Below the pieces are notes generated by a model. It searched no databases. It saw only the letters and a list, made by a program, of their open reading frames with translations, and was not told the origin of the DNA. From contig DIQT01000015.1 of the NCBI GenBank assembly GCA_002427365.1, positions 77,222 to 141,221 of the forward strand: a stretch of DNA of 64,000 nucleotides, written 5' to 3'. Every line of letters starts with the position of its first letter. Position 1 is the stretch's first letter. The translations under genes and the position numbers were made by a program. Source of the stretch: Bacillales bacterium UBA5455. GTDB taxonomy: Bacteria; Bacillota_I; Bacilli_A; RFN20; CAG-826. Shown here piece after piece: positions 31,897 through 41,795 of this stretch.

Positions 31897-31972
31897 AAAA
31901 CTCACAAGCTAAATGTATAGCGACGGTTGTGAGTTTTTTATTTGCGTAAAAAAAACGCCGAAGGGGCGTTTT
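31897..31972. terminator. tandem terminators: a long-loop hairpin (31897-31937) plus a bidirectional AACGCC-gaagg-GGCGTT hairpin (31954-31970), serving yneF-like (+) and plsY (-)
   Basis: Both hairpins have an A-run upstream and a T-run downstream. Confidence 0.65.
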
Positions 31973-32147
31973 AACACATTAAATATTTCTAAATAAGAAG
32001 AACAAGTAGTAATGAAGGAAAAGACTAAGTTAATTGTGGCTTAAATTACGCGTGTCAATGAAAAACATAGTCCTAGACTTAGAAATCATTTACTTGGATG
32101 TTAATCCACAATTGGTATGTGTTAACTAAATAACTACTAATTAATAA

Positions 32148-32852
32148 CTAATCAGCGTTAGATTGGCCAATTTTATTTTCAGTTCCATTTAGTAAACGAG
32201 CGATATTGCCGTGATGTTGATAAACGATAAAACCCGCTAAAAGGAATAACGCAAGCGCGAAAACTAATGGATTTGTATACGAATAGTAGTAACCAAAATT
32301 TTGAAGTTCAGGAACTAAATATATTAACGATATTAAGGCAAGTATGAAAGATGTTACCATTGATGAAAGGGAAACATATTTTTTAATACCAACAATTAAA
32401 ACAAAGATGATTAAACCAACAACGGTGAAAATCCAGTTGCTTGCGACAATGATGCCAGCATAGAAGGCAACACCTTTTCCGCCTTTAAATTTAAAGAAGA
32501 GCGGGAAATTATGGCCAAGCGTTAAAGTGAATAAGGTAACTAAGCTAATAACTTGCGCCCAAATAGCTTCGGGGCCACTAGTTAAATTAAAACCAAGCAT
32601 TACGCCATTTAGTGCCCAGTACATACCAGCGCTTTTGATAATATCAAGAATAATAACGAGAAGGCCAATTTTTGGACCAAGCACCCGCGCGGTATTTGTG
32701 CCTCCCGCATTATGGGAACCATGGTCACGAACATCCTTCCGATAATAGTATTTACTAATTAAAATTGAATTCGAAAGCGATCCTAATAGATAGCCACTAG
32801 GAATTGCGATTATTCCGAAGACAACTAATATTTTGATTAATTCACTACTCAT
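32148..32852 (-). CDS. plsY: Glycerol-3-phosphate acyltransferase PlsY
   Basis: GSHNAGGTN (GSGNxGATN motif), FKGGKGVA and a polytopic membrane topology. It is adjacent to parE as in B. subtilis yneS. Confidence 0.9.
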   Translation of the reverse strand: MSSELIKILVVFGIIAIPSGYLLGSLSNSILISKYYYRKDVRDHGSHNAGGTNTARVLGPKIGLLVIILDIIKSAGMYWALNGVMLGFNLTSGPEAIWAQVISLVTLFTLTLGHNFPLFFKFKGGKGVAFYAGIIVASNWIFTVVGLIIFVLIVGIKKYVSLSSMVTSFILALISLIYLVPELQNFGYYYSYTNPLVFALALFLLAGFIVYQHHGNIARLLNGTENKIGQSNAD

Positions 32853-32966
32853 AAAATTACCTCAGAAAAGTAAAAAGATAAACTAAATTATCTGTTTTAA
32901 TTATACTGATTTTATTGGTATAATAAAGGGAAATGAAAATTAAAGGTAGACAACTTGGAGGTGTGA

Positions 32967-34940
32967 ATGGACGAATTAAATAAAAAAACTTCCTCCTATA
33001 CAGAAGATAGTATTGAGTTACTTGAAGGGCTTGAAGGTGTCCGGAAACGGCCGGCAATGTATATTGGTTCTTCAAACCAAACCGGCTTACATCATTTGGT
33101 ATGGGAAGTAGTCGATAACGCTGTCGATGAAGCGATGAGCGGATATGGCGATAAAATTACGGTAACGATCCATAAAGATGGTTCTTTAAGTGTGCTTGAT
33201 GAGGGGCGGGGAATTCCTGTTGGTATTCATCGGCAAAGTAAAATTCCAGCCGTTCAACTCATTTTTCAAACATTACATAGTGGCGGAAAGTTTTCCGACT
33301 CCGTTTATAAATCAGCAGCGGGTCTCCATGGCGTTGGGGCGGCGGTCACGAATGCGTTAAGTGAATGGCTTGAAGTTAATGTGTATCGTGATGGGACAAT
33401 TTATTATTTACGGTTTGAAAACGGGGGAAAACTCGTTGTGCCGCTTGAAGAACAAGGTCGAACTAGTAAACATGGAACGCTTGTTACGTTTAAACCCGAC
33501 CCATTAATTTTTGGTAATCATGAATTTAAATGGGACACAATTATTAATCACTTACAAGAAAGTGCCTTCTTATTAAAGAAAGTTCGCTTTGTCATTATTG
33601 ATGAACGGGCGAATTTAAAAGAAGAATTTTATTATGAAGATGGGTTACGGGAATATATTAGGATTGTTAATCAATCGAAAACCCCCTTACATGATGTGTT
33701 TGGGTTTGAAGATATCGTAGAAGTTACATCAAATGGGAAAAAACACGAACTAAAAATTGAAATTGCGATGCAATATTGTAACGATGATTATGGCGAAACG
33801 ATTTTAAGTTATGTTAATAACGTTCGGACGCATGATGGGGGAACGCATGAAACAGGCTTTAAAACAGGCTTAACGCGCGTTATTAATGATTTTGCCCAAG
33901 ATTATAACTTATTAAAAAATAAAGCTAAATTAGATGGTAGCGATATTCGCGAAGGCTTAACCGCGATTATTTCGTTACGAATTCCCGAAGATATTCTTGA
34001 GTTCGAAGGTCAAACAAAAGGAAAACTGGGGACACCTGATGCAATGCAAGCAGTTAATAACTTCTTATATACGAAGATGAATTATTATCTACATGAAAAT
34101 CTTCCGTTAGCGACCGCGATTGTTAACAAAGCACTTGATTCGCAATCCGCGCGACTAGCGGCGAGAAAAGCCAAAGACGATGCAAGAAAAATTCGTAAAC
34201 CCAAACGTGAACTTATTATTTCTGGTAAGCTCACGCCGGCGCAATCGAAAGAATATGCGAAAAATGAATTATTCATTGTCGAAGGCGATTCCGCGGGTGG
34301 TACCGCAAAAAGTGGGAGAAACCGTATTCATCAAGCGATTTTACCATTACGGGGCAAACCGTTAAACACCGATACAAACTCGATGGAACGGATGCTTAAA
34401 AACGAAGAATATGCGACCTTAATTAACACCATCGGAGCTGGCATTGGCAAAGACTTTGATCTTGAAGATGCCCATTATGGCAAAATCATTATTATGACGG
34501 ACGCCGATACTGATGGAGCGCACATTCAAACGTTACTGTTAACATTCTTTTATCATTACATGAAACCCGCCCTAAAAGCGGGAATGATTTATATTGCCGT
34601 TCCACCGTTATACCGCGTTTATAAAGAAGTAAACAAGAAAATTGTTTATCGCTATGCGTGGGATGATGAAAGCTTAGAAGAAGCGAAAAAAGAAATGGGT
34701 CGTAATTATAAGATTAATCGCTATAAAGGGTTAGGGGAAATGAACGCCGACCAATTATGGGAAACAACGATGAACCCAGAAACAAGAACGCTTTTACGTG
34801 TTTCCGTTAATGATCCACTTCTTGTTGAAAAACGTGTTTCAACCTTAATGGGAAAAGATGCATCCTTGCGGCGGAAATGGATTGAAGAAAACGTTGATTT
34901 TGATGAAGAAGATGAATTTTTGAAGGAGCCCTTGAAGTAG
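32967..34940 (+). CDS. parE: DNA topoisomerase IV subunit B (ParE)
   Basis: GyrB-family ATPase (HHLVWEVVDNAVDE, GLHGVGA), Toprim (EGDSAGG) and PLxGK. 657 aa with no GyrB-specific insert. A ParC/GyrA-type gene follows immediately and plsY sits upstream. Confidence 0.8.
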   Translation: MDELNKKTSSYTEDSIELLEGLEGVRKRPAMYIGSSNQTGLHHLVWEVVDNAVDEAMSGYGDKITVTIHKDGSLSVLDEGRGIPVGIHRQSKIPAVQLIFQTLHSGGKFSDSVYKSAAGLHGVGAAVTNALSEWLEVNVYRDGTIYYLRFENGGKLVVPLEEQGRTSKHGTLVTFKPDPLIFGNHEFKWDTIINHLQESAFLLKKVRFVIIDERANLKEEFYYEDGLREYIRIVNQSKTPLHDVFGFEDIVEVTSNGKKHELKIEIAMQYCNDDYGETILSYVNNVRTHDGGTHETGFKTGLTRVINDFAQDYNLLKNKAKLDGSDIREGLTAIISLRIPEDILEFEGQTKGKLGTPDAMQAVNNFLYTKMNYYLHENLPLATAIVNKALDSQSARLAARKAKDDARKIRKPKRELIISGKLTPAQSKEYAKNELFIVEGDSAGGTAKSGRNRIHQAILPLRGKPLNTDTNSMERMLKNEEYATLINTIGAGIGKDFDLEDAHYGKIIIMTDADTDGAHIQTLLLTFFYHYMKPALKAGMIYIAVPPLYRVYKEVNKKIVYRYAWDDESLEEAKKEMGRNYKINRYKGLGEMNADQLWETTMNPETRTLLRVSVNDPLLVEKRVSTLMGKDASLRRKWIEENVDFDEEDEFLKEPLK

Positions 34941-37562
34941 ATGGCAAAAAAGAAAAAAACAAAGGCACCGGAAATTACATACGTCGAACATATTGTTGAT
35001 GCGGCAATGGACGACATCATGGGCGAACGTTTTGGTGTTTACGCAAAAGAAGTCATCCAAAATCGGGCAATTCCTGATGTACGAGATGGATTAAAGCCTG
35101 TCCAACGCCGGATTATTTTTGCAATGAACGAAGATGGAAATACGTTTAATAAACCAACAAAAAAATGCGCGCATACAGTCGGGTCGGTCATGGGGAAATA
35201 TCACCCCCATGGTGACTCCTCAATTTATGAAGCGTTAGCGCGAATGTCGCAACCGTGGGTCATGCGCTTACCCTTAATTGACTTCCAAGGTAATAATGGT
35301 TCAATTGATGGCGACTCACCAGCGGCCTATCGGTATACTGAAGCGCGGCTTGGCGAAGTTAGTGAAGAACTTGTCCGTGACTTAAAAAAAGACACAGTTG
35401 ATATGATGTTAACGTTTGATGATACCGACTTAGAACCAACGGTTTTACCGGCTCGTTATCCTAACTTATATGTTAATGGTGCACAAGGCATTGCGGTTGG
35501 AGTTGCAACGGAAATTCCACCCCACAATTTAGGGGAAATAATTGACGCGGTCATTCATCGGTTAAGTTATAAACGGGTGAGCGTCGACGATTTACGCGCG
35601 CACGTCCTCGGGCCTGATTTCCCAACTGGCGGAATTATTTATAATACCGAAGGGCTCGATGCGATTTATGAAACGGGGCGTGGCCGGATTGAAATTGAAG
35701 CCAGAACCCATATTGAAGAGCAAAAGAACTTAAATTTAATTGTCGTAACGGAAATTCCTTACGCGGTTAATAAAAACAATATTATTAAAGAACTTGATGC
35801 GATTACACGAAATAAACAAATTGATGGAATTATCGAAGCGCGTGATGAAAGTGACCGTGAAGGGTTACGGATCGTTATCGAAGTGCGAAAAGACGTCGAT
35901 GTGGAAATTATTCGTGATTTTATCTTAAATAAAACGTCCTTACGCTCGGGGTATTCAGCGAATATCGTCGCGATTGTTGATGGAAGACCAAAAACCTTAA
36001 GTTTATTAGATTATGTTGATGCATATGTTGCGCACCAACGTGATGTTTTAACGCGCCGGAGTAACTTTGATTTAGTGAAGTTTACTGACCGACTTCACAT
36101 TGTTGATGGATTAATTCAAGCGATTAGTGTTGTTGATGAAGTTGTTAAAATCATTCGCGCGAGTAAAGATAAGCAAGATGCAAAAGCGAATTTAATGGCC
36201 CGCTATAAGTTTAGTGAACTCCAAGCGGAAGCAATTGTTACGTTACAACTATACAAACTAACAAATACGGATATTAGTGTTTTAGAAGCAGAAGCAAGTG
36301 AATTACGGAAAAATATTGCTAACCTTAAAGAAATTCTAGCCGATGAAAATAAGCTTGATAAAATCATCATTCAAGATTTAAAAGCGATTAAAGCAAAATA
36401 CGCGACCCCACGCTTAAGTGAAATCGGTGGTGAACGCGAAGTCGTCACAATCGATAAACGCGATTTAATTGCGGAAGAAAAAGTGATGATCGCCGTGACG
36501 AAAGATGGTTACATTAAACGTTCATCGTTAAAAAGCTATACGATGAGTGGTGAAAATGCGCTTCCTGGCATTAAACCTGGTGATTTATTAATTTCAATGG
36601 GTGAAGCTCTGACGACGGATTTCTTAATTGCGTTTACAAATTTAGGCAATTATTTCTATTTGCCAATTTATGAACTCCAAGATATTCGCTGGAAAGATGA
36701 AGGCAACCATATTAACTATTTAGTTAGTTTAGGGCGCGAAGAAAAAATTATTAAAACATTCTTAATTAATGATTTCCGCGGTGACCTTTACTTTATTTCC
36801 TTATCGAAGAAAGGCCAAATTAAGCGCTCAACGATTAAAGAATACGAAGTTACGCGGTATAAGCGGACAATTCGAAGTATGCGCTTATTAAAGAGTGATG
36901 AAATTATCGATGTCGCGGTTAGTAGTGGAAATTCCAATGTCTTAGTTGTCGCTAATGATGGGAAAGCAACGTTCTTTAATGAAAACGAACTAACAATTCT
37001 ATCAACAACTGCGGGTGGTGTAAAAGCACTTAATAATCTTAAAAAAGCGACCGCTCTAGCGGTTATAACATATTTGCCAAATGAAAAAGGTAAACTTGTT
37101 GCATTGACCGATAAAGGTCACTTACGGATTTTTGATATTAATTATTTAGAATTGACCCCGCGGTTAGGAAAAATGCAGTCAATCTTTAAATTATTCAAGT
37201 CGGATACGCATAATCTTATCTACTTAGCAAAATTAGAACACGCGCAAACACCGTTTAGCCTTAATGCACTGACCTCATCAAGTAATGTATTAACACTTAA
37301 TGTAAGCGACCTACGCCCAACCCAACTTGATAAATATGCGAAGAAGAACATCGATGAACTAGCGGAAAAAGATAGTTTCGTTGGTGTCTATAATGAAAAG
37401 ATCGATTTAATTAGTAAAGACTTAGAATCTTATGAACCCGAAATTATCGAAACACCCGTTGAAGAAAAAGTAGTTAAGACGAGTGAAAAACCTCTTGTTG
37501 ATGAAGAAACCGACAAAGAAGCCTATGAACAAATTAGTATCTTTGATGTTATGGGTGATTAA
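34941..37562 (+). CDS. parC: DNA topoisomerase IV subunit A (ParC)
   Basis: GyrA/ParC N-terminus with the active-site Tyr context ([10 protein letters not shown]) and the HPHGD QRDR-region. It is coupled to parE (the stop of one and the start of the other are adjacent). Confidence 0.8.
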   Translation: MAKKKKTKAPEITYVEHIVDAAMDDIMGERFGVYAKEVIQNRAIPDVRDGLKPVQRRIIFAMNEDGNTFNKPTKKCAHTVGSVMGKYHPHGDSSIYEALARMSQPWVMRLPLIDFQGNNGSIDGDSPAAYRYTEARLGEVSEELVRDLKKDTVDMMLTFDDTDLEPTVLPARYPNLYVNGAQGIAVGVATEIPPHNLGEIIDAVIHRLSYKRVSVDDLRAHVLGPDFPTGGIIYNTEGLDAIYETGRGRIEIEARTHIEEQKNLNLIVVTEIPYAVNKNNIIKELDAITRNKQIDGIIEARDESDREGLRIVIEVRKDVDVEIIRDFILNKTSLRSGYSANIVAIVDGRPKTLSLLDYVDAYVAHQRDVLTRRSNFDLVKFTDRLHIVDGLIQAISVVDEVVKIIRASKDKQDAKANLMARYKFSELQAEAIVTLQLYKLTNTDISVLEAEASELRKNIANLKEILADENKLDKIIIQDLKAIKAKYATPRLSEIGGEREVVTIDKRDLIAEEKVMIAVTKDGYIKRSSLKSYTMSGENALPGIKPGDLLISMGEALTTDFLIAFTNLGNYFYLPIYELQDIRWKDEGNHINYLVSLGREEKIIKTFLINDFRGDLYFISLSKKGQIKRSTIKEYEVTRYKRTIRSMRLLKSDEIIDVAVSSGNSNVLVVANDGKATFFNENELTILSTTAGGVKALNNLKKATALAVITYLPNEKGKLVALTDKGHLRIFDINYLELTPRLGKMQSIFKLFKSDTHNLIYLAKLEHAQTPFSLNALTSSSNVLTLNVSDLRPTQLDKYAKKNIDELAEKDSFVGVYNEKIDLISKDLESYEPEIIETPVEEKVVKTSEKPLVDEETDKEAYEQISIFDVMGD

Positions 37563-37597
37563 TTAAGTCGACTTAGTTAAAAAAAGTACAAAAAGAA

Positions 37598-37628
37598 AGC
37601 ACCATTTATGAATAATGGTGCTATTTTT
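37598..37628. terminator. rho-independent terminator after parC (A-run/T-run allow use from both strands)
   Basis: AGCACCATT-tatgaat-AATGGTGCT followed by ATTTTT. Confidence 0.7.
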
Positions 37629-37708
37629 AACTTATAAACTACTAACTACTTACTAGAAATATACAAAGTAAGGTTTTAGACGGTATTTATTTGTTTTATT
37701 AGTGAGTT

Positions 37709-37975
37709 TTATAAAATTATTTTAAAAACCATCAAAAAGGTGTATAAGCCCGCAGCGATTAAGCTAAATAAGGCAAATTGATAATCCACCTTGCGATATG
37801 TTGGTGCGGATTGCCGTTTGTCAGTATAGACTTGATAATAGCCAAAAATAATCGGTATTAAACCAAAAAACGGATTTAAAAGCGAAATCCCTAACCCAAC
37901 AACGGTTAAAATTCGCGATTGATTTAATTTTCCAAAACTTGGTTTACTTAGATCAGTGTAAGCATTTTTCTTCAT
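37709..37975 (-). CDS. small 2-TM membrane protein
   Basis: The start at 37975 (MKKNAYTD) follows an AGGAGC RBS and a TATAAT. Two hydrophobic helices are present. The ORF-track start at 38014 is upstream of the RBS. Confidence 0.5.
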   Translation of the reverse strand: MKKNAYTDLSKPSFGKLNQSRILTVVGLGISLLNPFFGLIPIIFGYYQVYTDKRQSAPTYRKVDYQFALFSLIAAGLYTFLMVFKIIL

Positions 37976-38100
37976 ATTTTTGCTCCTACCTGTGATTATA
38001 ACGAAACAAACCATATAAATAAATAAAATTAATCGGAAAGATGAGTTTATTATCTTTTATTTATCGGTGTTTTTCATTATAATAGCAGTAGAGGAAAGTT

Positions 38101-38628
38101 ATGTTTAAAAAGTATATCCCCACCTACTATGCCCAAAATATCTATGAAGTCCCGCGGGACTTTTATCGAAAGCAAGGAATTAAAACGCTATTTATCGACC
38201 TTGATAATACATTAGCGAGTTATAAAGCGGATTTACCTGATGAAAAAGCTCGGGCGCTTATTGAAGAATTACGAAGTTACGGATACAATATAATTATCAT
38301 TTCGAATAACCATTCGGGGCGAGTTGAAAAATACGCGGCAGGCTTAAATTTACCATTATTAGCGAATGCCCGAAAACCCTTTGCCTTTAAAATCAAACGG
38401 GTAATTGCGGAACATGAAATTGACCCAAATTCAACAATCTTAATCGGGGATCAATTAATTACCGATGTGCGCGCTGCAAAAAGGGCGAAAATTCATGTGA
38501 TGTTAACCGAAAAGCTTGTAAAAGAAGATCAATGGACAACACACTTTAATCGCTTATTCGATCGACCAATCCGCAAATATTTACGGAAGAAAGGTCGTTT
38601 AGCAAACTGGAGGGAATTTTATGAGTGA
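38101..38628 (+). CDS. HAD superfamily (IIIA, YqeG-type) phosphatase
   Basis: FIDLDNTL (DxD motif), SNN and GDQLITD motifs. Its position before yqeH matches the B. subtilis yqeG locus. Confidence 0.75.
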   Translation: MFKKYIPTYYAQNIYEVPRDFYRKQGIKTLFIDLDNTLASYKADLPDEKARALIEELRSYGYNIIIISNNHSGRVEKYAAGLNLPLLANARKPFAFKIKRVIAEHEIDPNSTILIGDQLITDVRAAKRAKIHVMLTEKLVKEDQWTTHFNRLFDRPIRKYLRKKGRLANWREFYE

Positions 38629-39760
38629 TATTAAAAAAATCCGGCGTTGTATTAGTTGTGGTGAGGTTTTACAAGTTGAAAACCCCCAAGAACCAGGCTT
38701 TACAACAACCCAAGCATTACAAAAACACGTAATCGTTTTATGTGAACAATGTTTTGCAAAACAAAATCAAGGACATGACGTTTTAAATGAACCAATTTTT
38801 AATGAAGACTTCCGCGTTATTTTAGAAAAAGCGCGCGTAACGAAATCATTAATTGTTTATCTTGTTGACCTTTTTAGTTATGAAACATCATTTATGAGTG
38901 AAGTTGCGGAAGCAATTCGGAACAACCCATTAATTGTTGTCGCAAATAAGTTTGATATATTACCTGAAAAGGCAAATGAAGAAAAAATCTTAGAAGCGGT
39001 TAAACGCCGAGCGGAAGACGCTGATTTACATCCGCTTGAATATATCGTTGCTTCCTCAACAAAAAACTATAAGACGGAAGAAGTTTTAAAAGCGATTACC
39101 AAATACCGCGGTGGCCGCAATGTTTATATTATCGGTGCGGTTGGTTCAGGAAAATCAGCGCTTGTAAACTCATTATTAAAGATTTATAAAAACCCAACGA
39201 ATTTTTATATTTCAACATCGATTTATCCAAATACAACACTCGAAGTTATTGAAATTCCGCTTGATTCAAGGACAGCGATGTATGATACACCCGGTTTATC
39301 AATTTCTAACAGTATGATTGGCTATTTTTCGGATGAAAAGGAAGTTATTCGAACATTAGTCCCACGTGAACGGATTGTTCCGCGCCAAATCATTATCGGC
39401 ACAAAAGAAGTGTTAGTTTTTGGTGGTGTCGCCTTATTAGAAGTCGTTAATGGAATTCGTTCAAGTTATTATTGCTACTTTAGTAATGAAGTTAAAATTC
39501 ATCGGACAACGAGTGATCGCGCTGAAGGATTTATGAAGAGTCTTATTAGAAAGCAACAAACTAAACCAATTTCCAAGAAAATAACATCAAGTAAAGACTT
39601 TGATTTGTATGAAATTAACGTAGATTATGGCGGAAACCGTGAATTTATCGATATTTCCATCGCTGGTTTAGGGTGGATTTCCTTTAAAGACCGGCAACAA
39701 ACAATCCGCATTTACGTTCCTAAAGGCGTAAGTATTTATCATGGACTGGCGAAATTATAA
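38621..39760 (+). CDS. yqeH: Ribosome biogenesis GTPase YqeH (circularly permuted GTPase with N-terminal zinc finger)
   Basis: N-terminal CISCG...CEQCF. The G4-G1-G3 order is permuted (NKFD ... GAVGSGKS ... DTPG). Confidence 0.85.
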   Translation: MSDIKKIRRCISCGEVLQVENPQEPGFTTTQALQKHVIVLCEQCFAKQNQGHDVLNEPIFNEDFRVILEKARVTKSLIVYLVDLFSYETSFMSEVAEAIRNNPLIVVANKFDILPEKANEEKILEAVKRRAEDADLHPLEYIVASSTKNYKTEEVLKAITKYRGGRNVYIIGAVGSGKSALVNSLLKIYKNPTNFYISTSIYPNTTLEVIEIPLDSRTAMYDTPGLSISNSMIGYFSDEKEVIRTLVPRERIVPRQIIIGTKEVLVFGGVALLEVVNGIRSSYYCYFSNEVKIHRTTSDRAEGFMKSLIRKQQTKPISKKITSSKDFDLYEINVDYGGNREFIDISIAGLGWISFKDRQQTIRIYVPKGVSIYHGLAKL

Positions 39761-39761
39761 T

Positions 39762-40055
39762 ATGTTAACGAATCCACAAAAGAAATATTTAAAAGCGGAA
39801 GCTAATCACTTAAAACCGCTTTATCAAATTGGCAAAAATGAAATTAGTGATAATACTTTAGTTTTATTAGAAAATGGTTTACGGACCCAAGAATTAATTA
39901 AAGTATCTGTTTTAAAAACCGTTAGCATGGAACCAAAAGGTGTTGGCGAAGTGCTTGCAAGCCATTTAGAAGCCGAACTAGTCCAAGTCGTTGGCCGTAT
40001 TATTACGTTATACAAAGAAAATCCGAAGCAAAGGAAATATAAGTTGCCAAAATAA
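39762..40055 (+). CDS. yhbY: YhbY/CRS1-type RNA-binding ribosome assembly protein (YqeI)
   Basis: KAEANHLKPLYQIGKNEISDN...LIKVSVL matches the CRM domain. The start could be at 39741. Confidence 0.75.
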   Translation: MLTNPQKKYLKAEANHLKPLYQIGKNEISDNTLVLLENGLRTQELIKVSVLKTVSMEPKGVGEVLASHLEAELVQVVGRIITLYKENPKQRKYKLPK

Positions 40056-41167
40056 TGGAAAAAACAAAAACATTACTTTTCGGTGGTTCATTCGACCCGA
40101 TTCATGATGGTCATGTGCTAATGGCCAAAACGGCCGCAAAAGCACTTGACGCTAACCAAGTTGTCTTTATTCTTGCGCGACATCCTCGCTGGAAAACAAC
40201 AAGCGCAACGCCAGTTGATCGGGCAAAAATGCTTGAAGGTGTTATTATTTCGGATTTAAATTTTCAGATTTCGGATATTGAACTAAAAAGTGAAGATGAA
40301 ATAAATTATACATATGTGACCGTTGGTCGCTACTTAGCGCTTCATCCGAATGAAGAAGTTGCTTTTTTAATTGGCTCCGACCAAGCAAATCAATTTGATC
40401 AATGGTATGCGGCCGAAGCACTCGCAAAAATTTGTCAAATCGTTGTTTATGAACGACCAGATGATGAGCTTAATCTCGATCTTGTTAAACAATATAATAT
40501 GAAAGCCGTCCATGGCCCAAAAACAAGCGCTAGTTCGACGAATATTCGCCGATTACGTGATTGCCAAACACCATTAACGGTGCTTAGTTATATCGCCCGG
40601 GAAAATTTATATTATATGCCGGAACTTCATAAATATTTATCGCCAAAGCGCCTTGCTCATTCATTACGTGTTGCCCGTTTAGCGTATGAAATTGCTAAAG
40701 CCAATAACGTTGATTATGGACGTGTTTATGCGGCAGCTTTACTTCATGATATTGGTAAAGAAATGAATGAAGAAGAAGCGTTAGCGATCATGAAAGAACA
40801 TTTTCCAACCGAATTAGCGAATTTAAATGGAAATAGTGAACTTTATCATCAATTTGTCGGTGCGTATTTAGCAAAAACCCGCTTCAAAATTAATGATGAA
40901 GAGATTTTAGACGCAATTGCCTATCATAGTAGTGGTAAAGAAGAGATGAACTTAATTGGAAAAATCTTATATTCTGCGGATAAAATTGAACCAGGCCGGA
41001 AATTTGATAGTTCTGAACTCATCAAAGCGTGTATGACCAACTGGGAAGATGGATTTATCGAAGTTCTTAAAGCAAACCAAGAGTTTCTTGAAGAAATCGG
41101 TGTAAAAACAGAAAATAAATATAGCCAAGCGTGCTTTACATATTACTTAGGAAAGGAGGAGCGTTAA
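40055..41167 (+). CDS. nadD: Fusion of nicotinate-nucleotide adenylyltransferase NadD (N-terminal) and HD-domain phosphohydrolase YqeK (C-terminal)
   Basis: The N-terminus LFGGSFDPIHDGH (the (H/T)xGH nucleotidyltransferase motif) and SSTNIRR belong to NadD. The C-terminus LRVARLAYEIA...LLHDIGK (HD motif) belongs to YqeK. It is a single uninterrupted 370-aa ORF. Confidence 0.85.
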   Translation: MEKTKTLLFGGSFDPIHDGHVLMAKTAAKALDANQVVFILARHPRWKTTSATPVDRAKMLEGVIISDLNFQISDIELKSEDEINYTYVTVGRYLALHPNEEVAFLIGSDQANQFDQWYAAEALAKICQIVVYERPDDELNLDLVKQYNMKAVHGPKTSASSTNIRRLRDCQTPLTVLSYIARENLYYMPELHKYLSPKRLAHSLRVARLAYEIAKANNVDYGRVYAAALLHDIGKEMNEEEALAIMKEHFPTELANLNGNSELYHQFVGAYLAKTRFKINDEEILDAIAYHSSGKEEMNLIGKILYSADKIEPGRKFDSSELIKACMTNWEDGFIEVLKANQEFLEEIGVKTENKYSQACFTYYLGKEER

Positions 41168-41170
41168 TCA

Positions 41171-41503
41171 ATGGGAAGACGACCAAATTTAGTTAATAAA
41201 ATCGAACAAGCATTAGAAGACAAAAAAGCGACCGATGTATCAGTTGTCTATATGCGGAATAACACAAAAAAAGCGATTACTGACTATTACATCATCGCGA
41301 CCGCGAATAATGAGCGGTTACTAAATGCCCTTGCCGATGTCGCAGTTGAAACGATTATAAAAAATGGCGGCAACATTCATCATATCGAAGGGAAGAAAGC
41401 AAATAGCGAATGGGTCTTAGTCGATGCTTATAATATAATTGTTCATTTGTTTACACCACAAGCTCGAATCGATTATGATCTTGATGGCTTAGAAAAAAGA
41501 TAG
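41171..41503 (+). CDS. rsfS: Ribosomal silencing factor RsfS (Iojap, YqeL)
   Basis: 110 aa. DYYIIATANNERLLNALAD and the VHLF context are typical of RsfS. Synteny after nadD/yqeK supports the call. Confidence 0.85.
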   Translation: MGRRPNLVNKIEQALEDKKATDVSVVYMRNNTKKAITDYYIIATANNERLLNALADVAVETIIKNGGNIHHIEGKKANSEWVLVDAYNIIVHLFTPQARIDYDLDGLEKR

Positions 41504-41517
41504 TTTAGAAATTTTAA

Positions 41518-41548
41518 AACATCCAGTTAGTGAATTGGATGTTTTTTT
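41518..41548 (+). terminator. rho-independent terminator after rsfS
   Basis: AACATCCA-N9-TGGATGTT followed by a T7 run. Confidence 0.7.
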
Positions 41549-41684
41549 ATTACATACACATAAATTTAAGAGAACAATCGGAAACCGTTATAATTTTAAA
41601 TTTGTATTAACTTCGTATAATCTATATTATGTAAACTAAACTATATAAAAGGCGCATTAATAAAGGGTTTTAAACGATTGATTA

Positions 41685-41730
41685 TAAAAAAGTGGATAAG
41701 CAACCTAATTTAAGGTACGGACTTATCCAC
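41685..41730 (-). terminator. long-loop hairpin plus U-run, likely terminator of the MazF-like gene
   Basis: GTGGATAAG and CTTATCCAC form a perfect 9-bp inverted repeat separated by 21 nt, followed on the minus strand by TTTTTT. Confidence 0.45.
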
Positions 41731-41795
41731 AATTTCACTAACTTATTAACAACTAAATATATACTAATTAACCACTTTAACAGCTTAAACTACTA

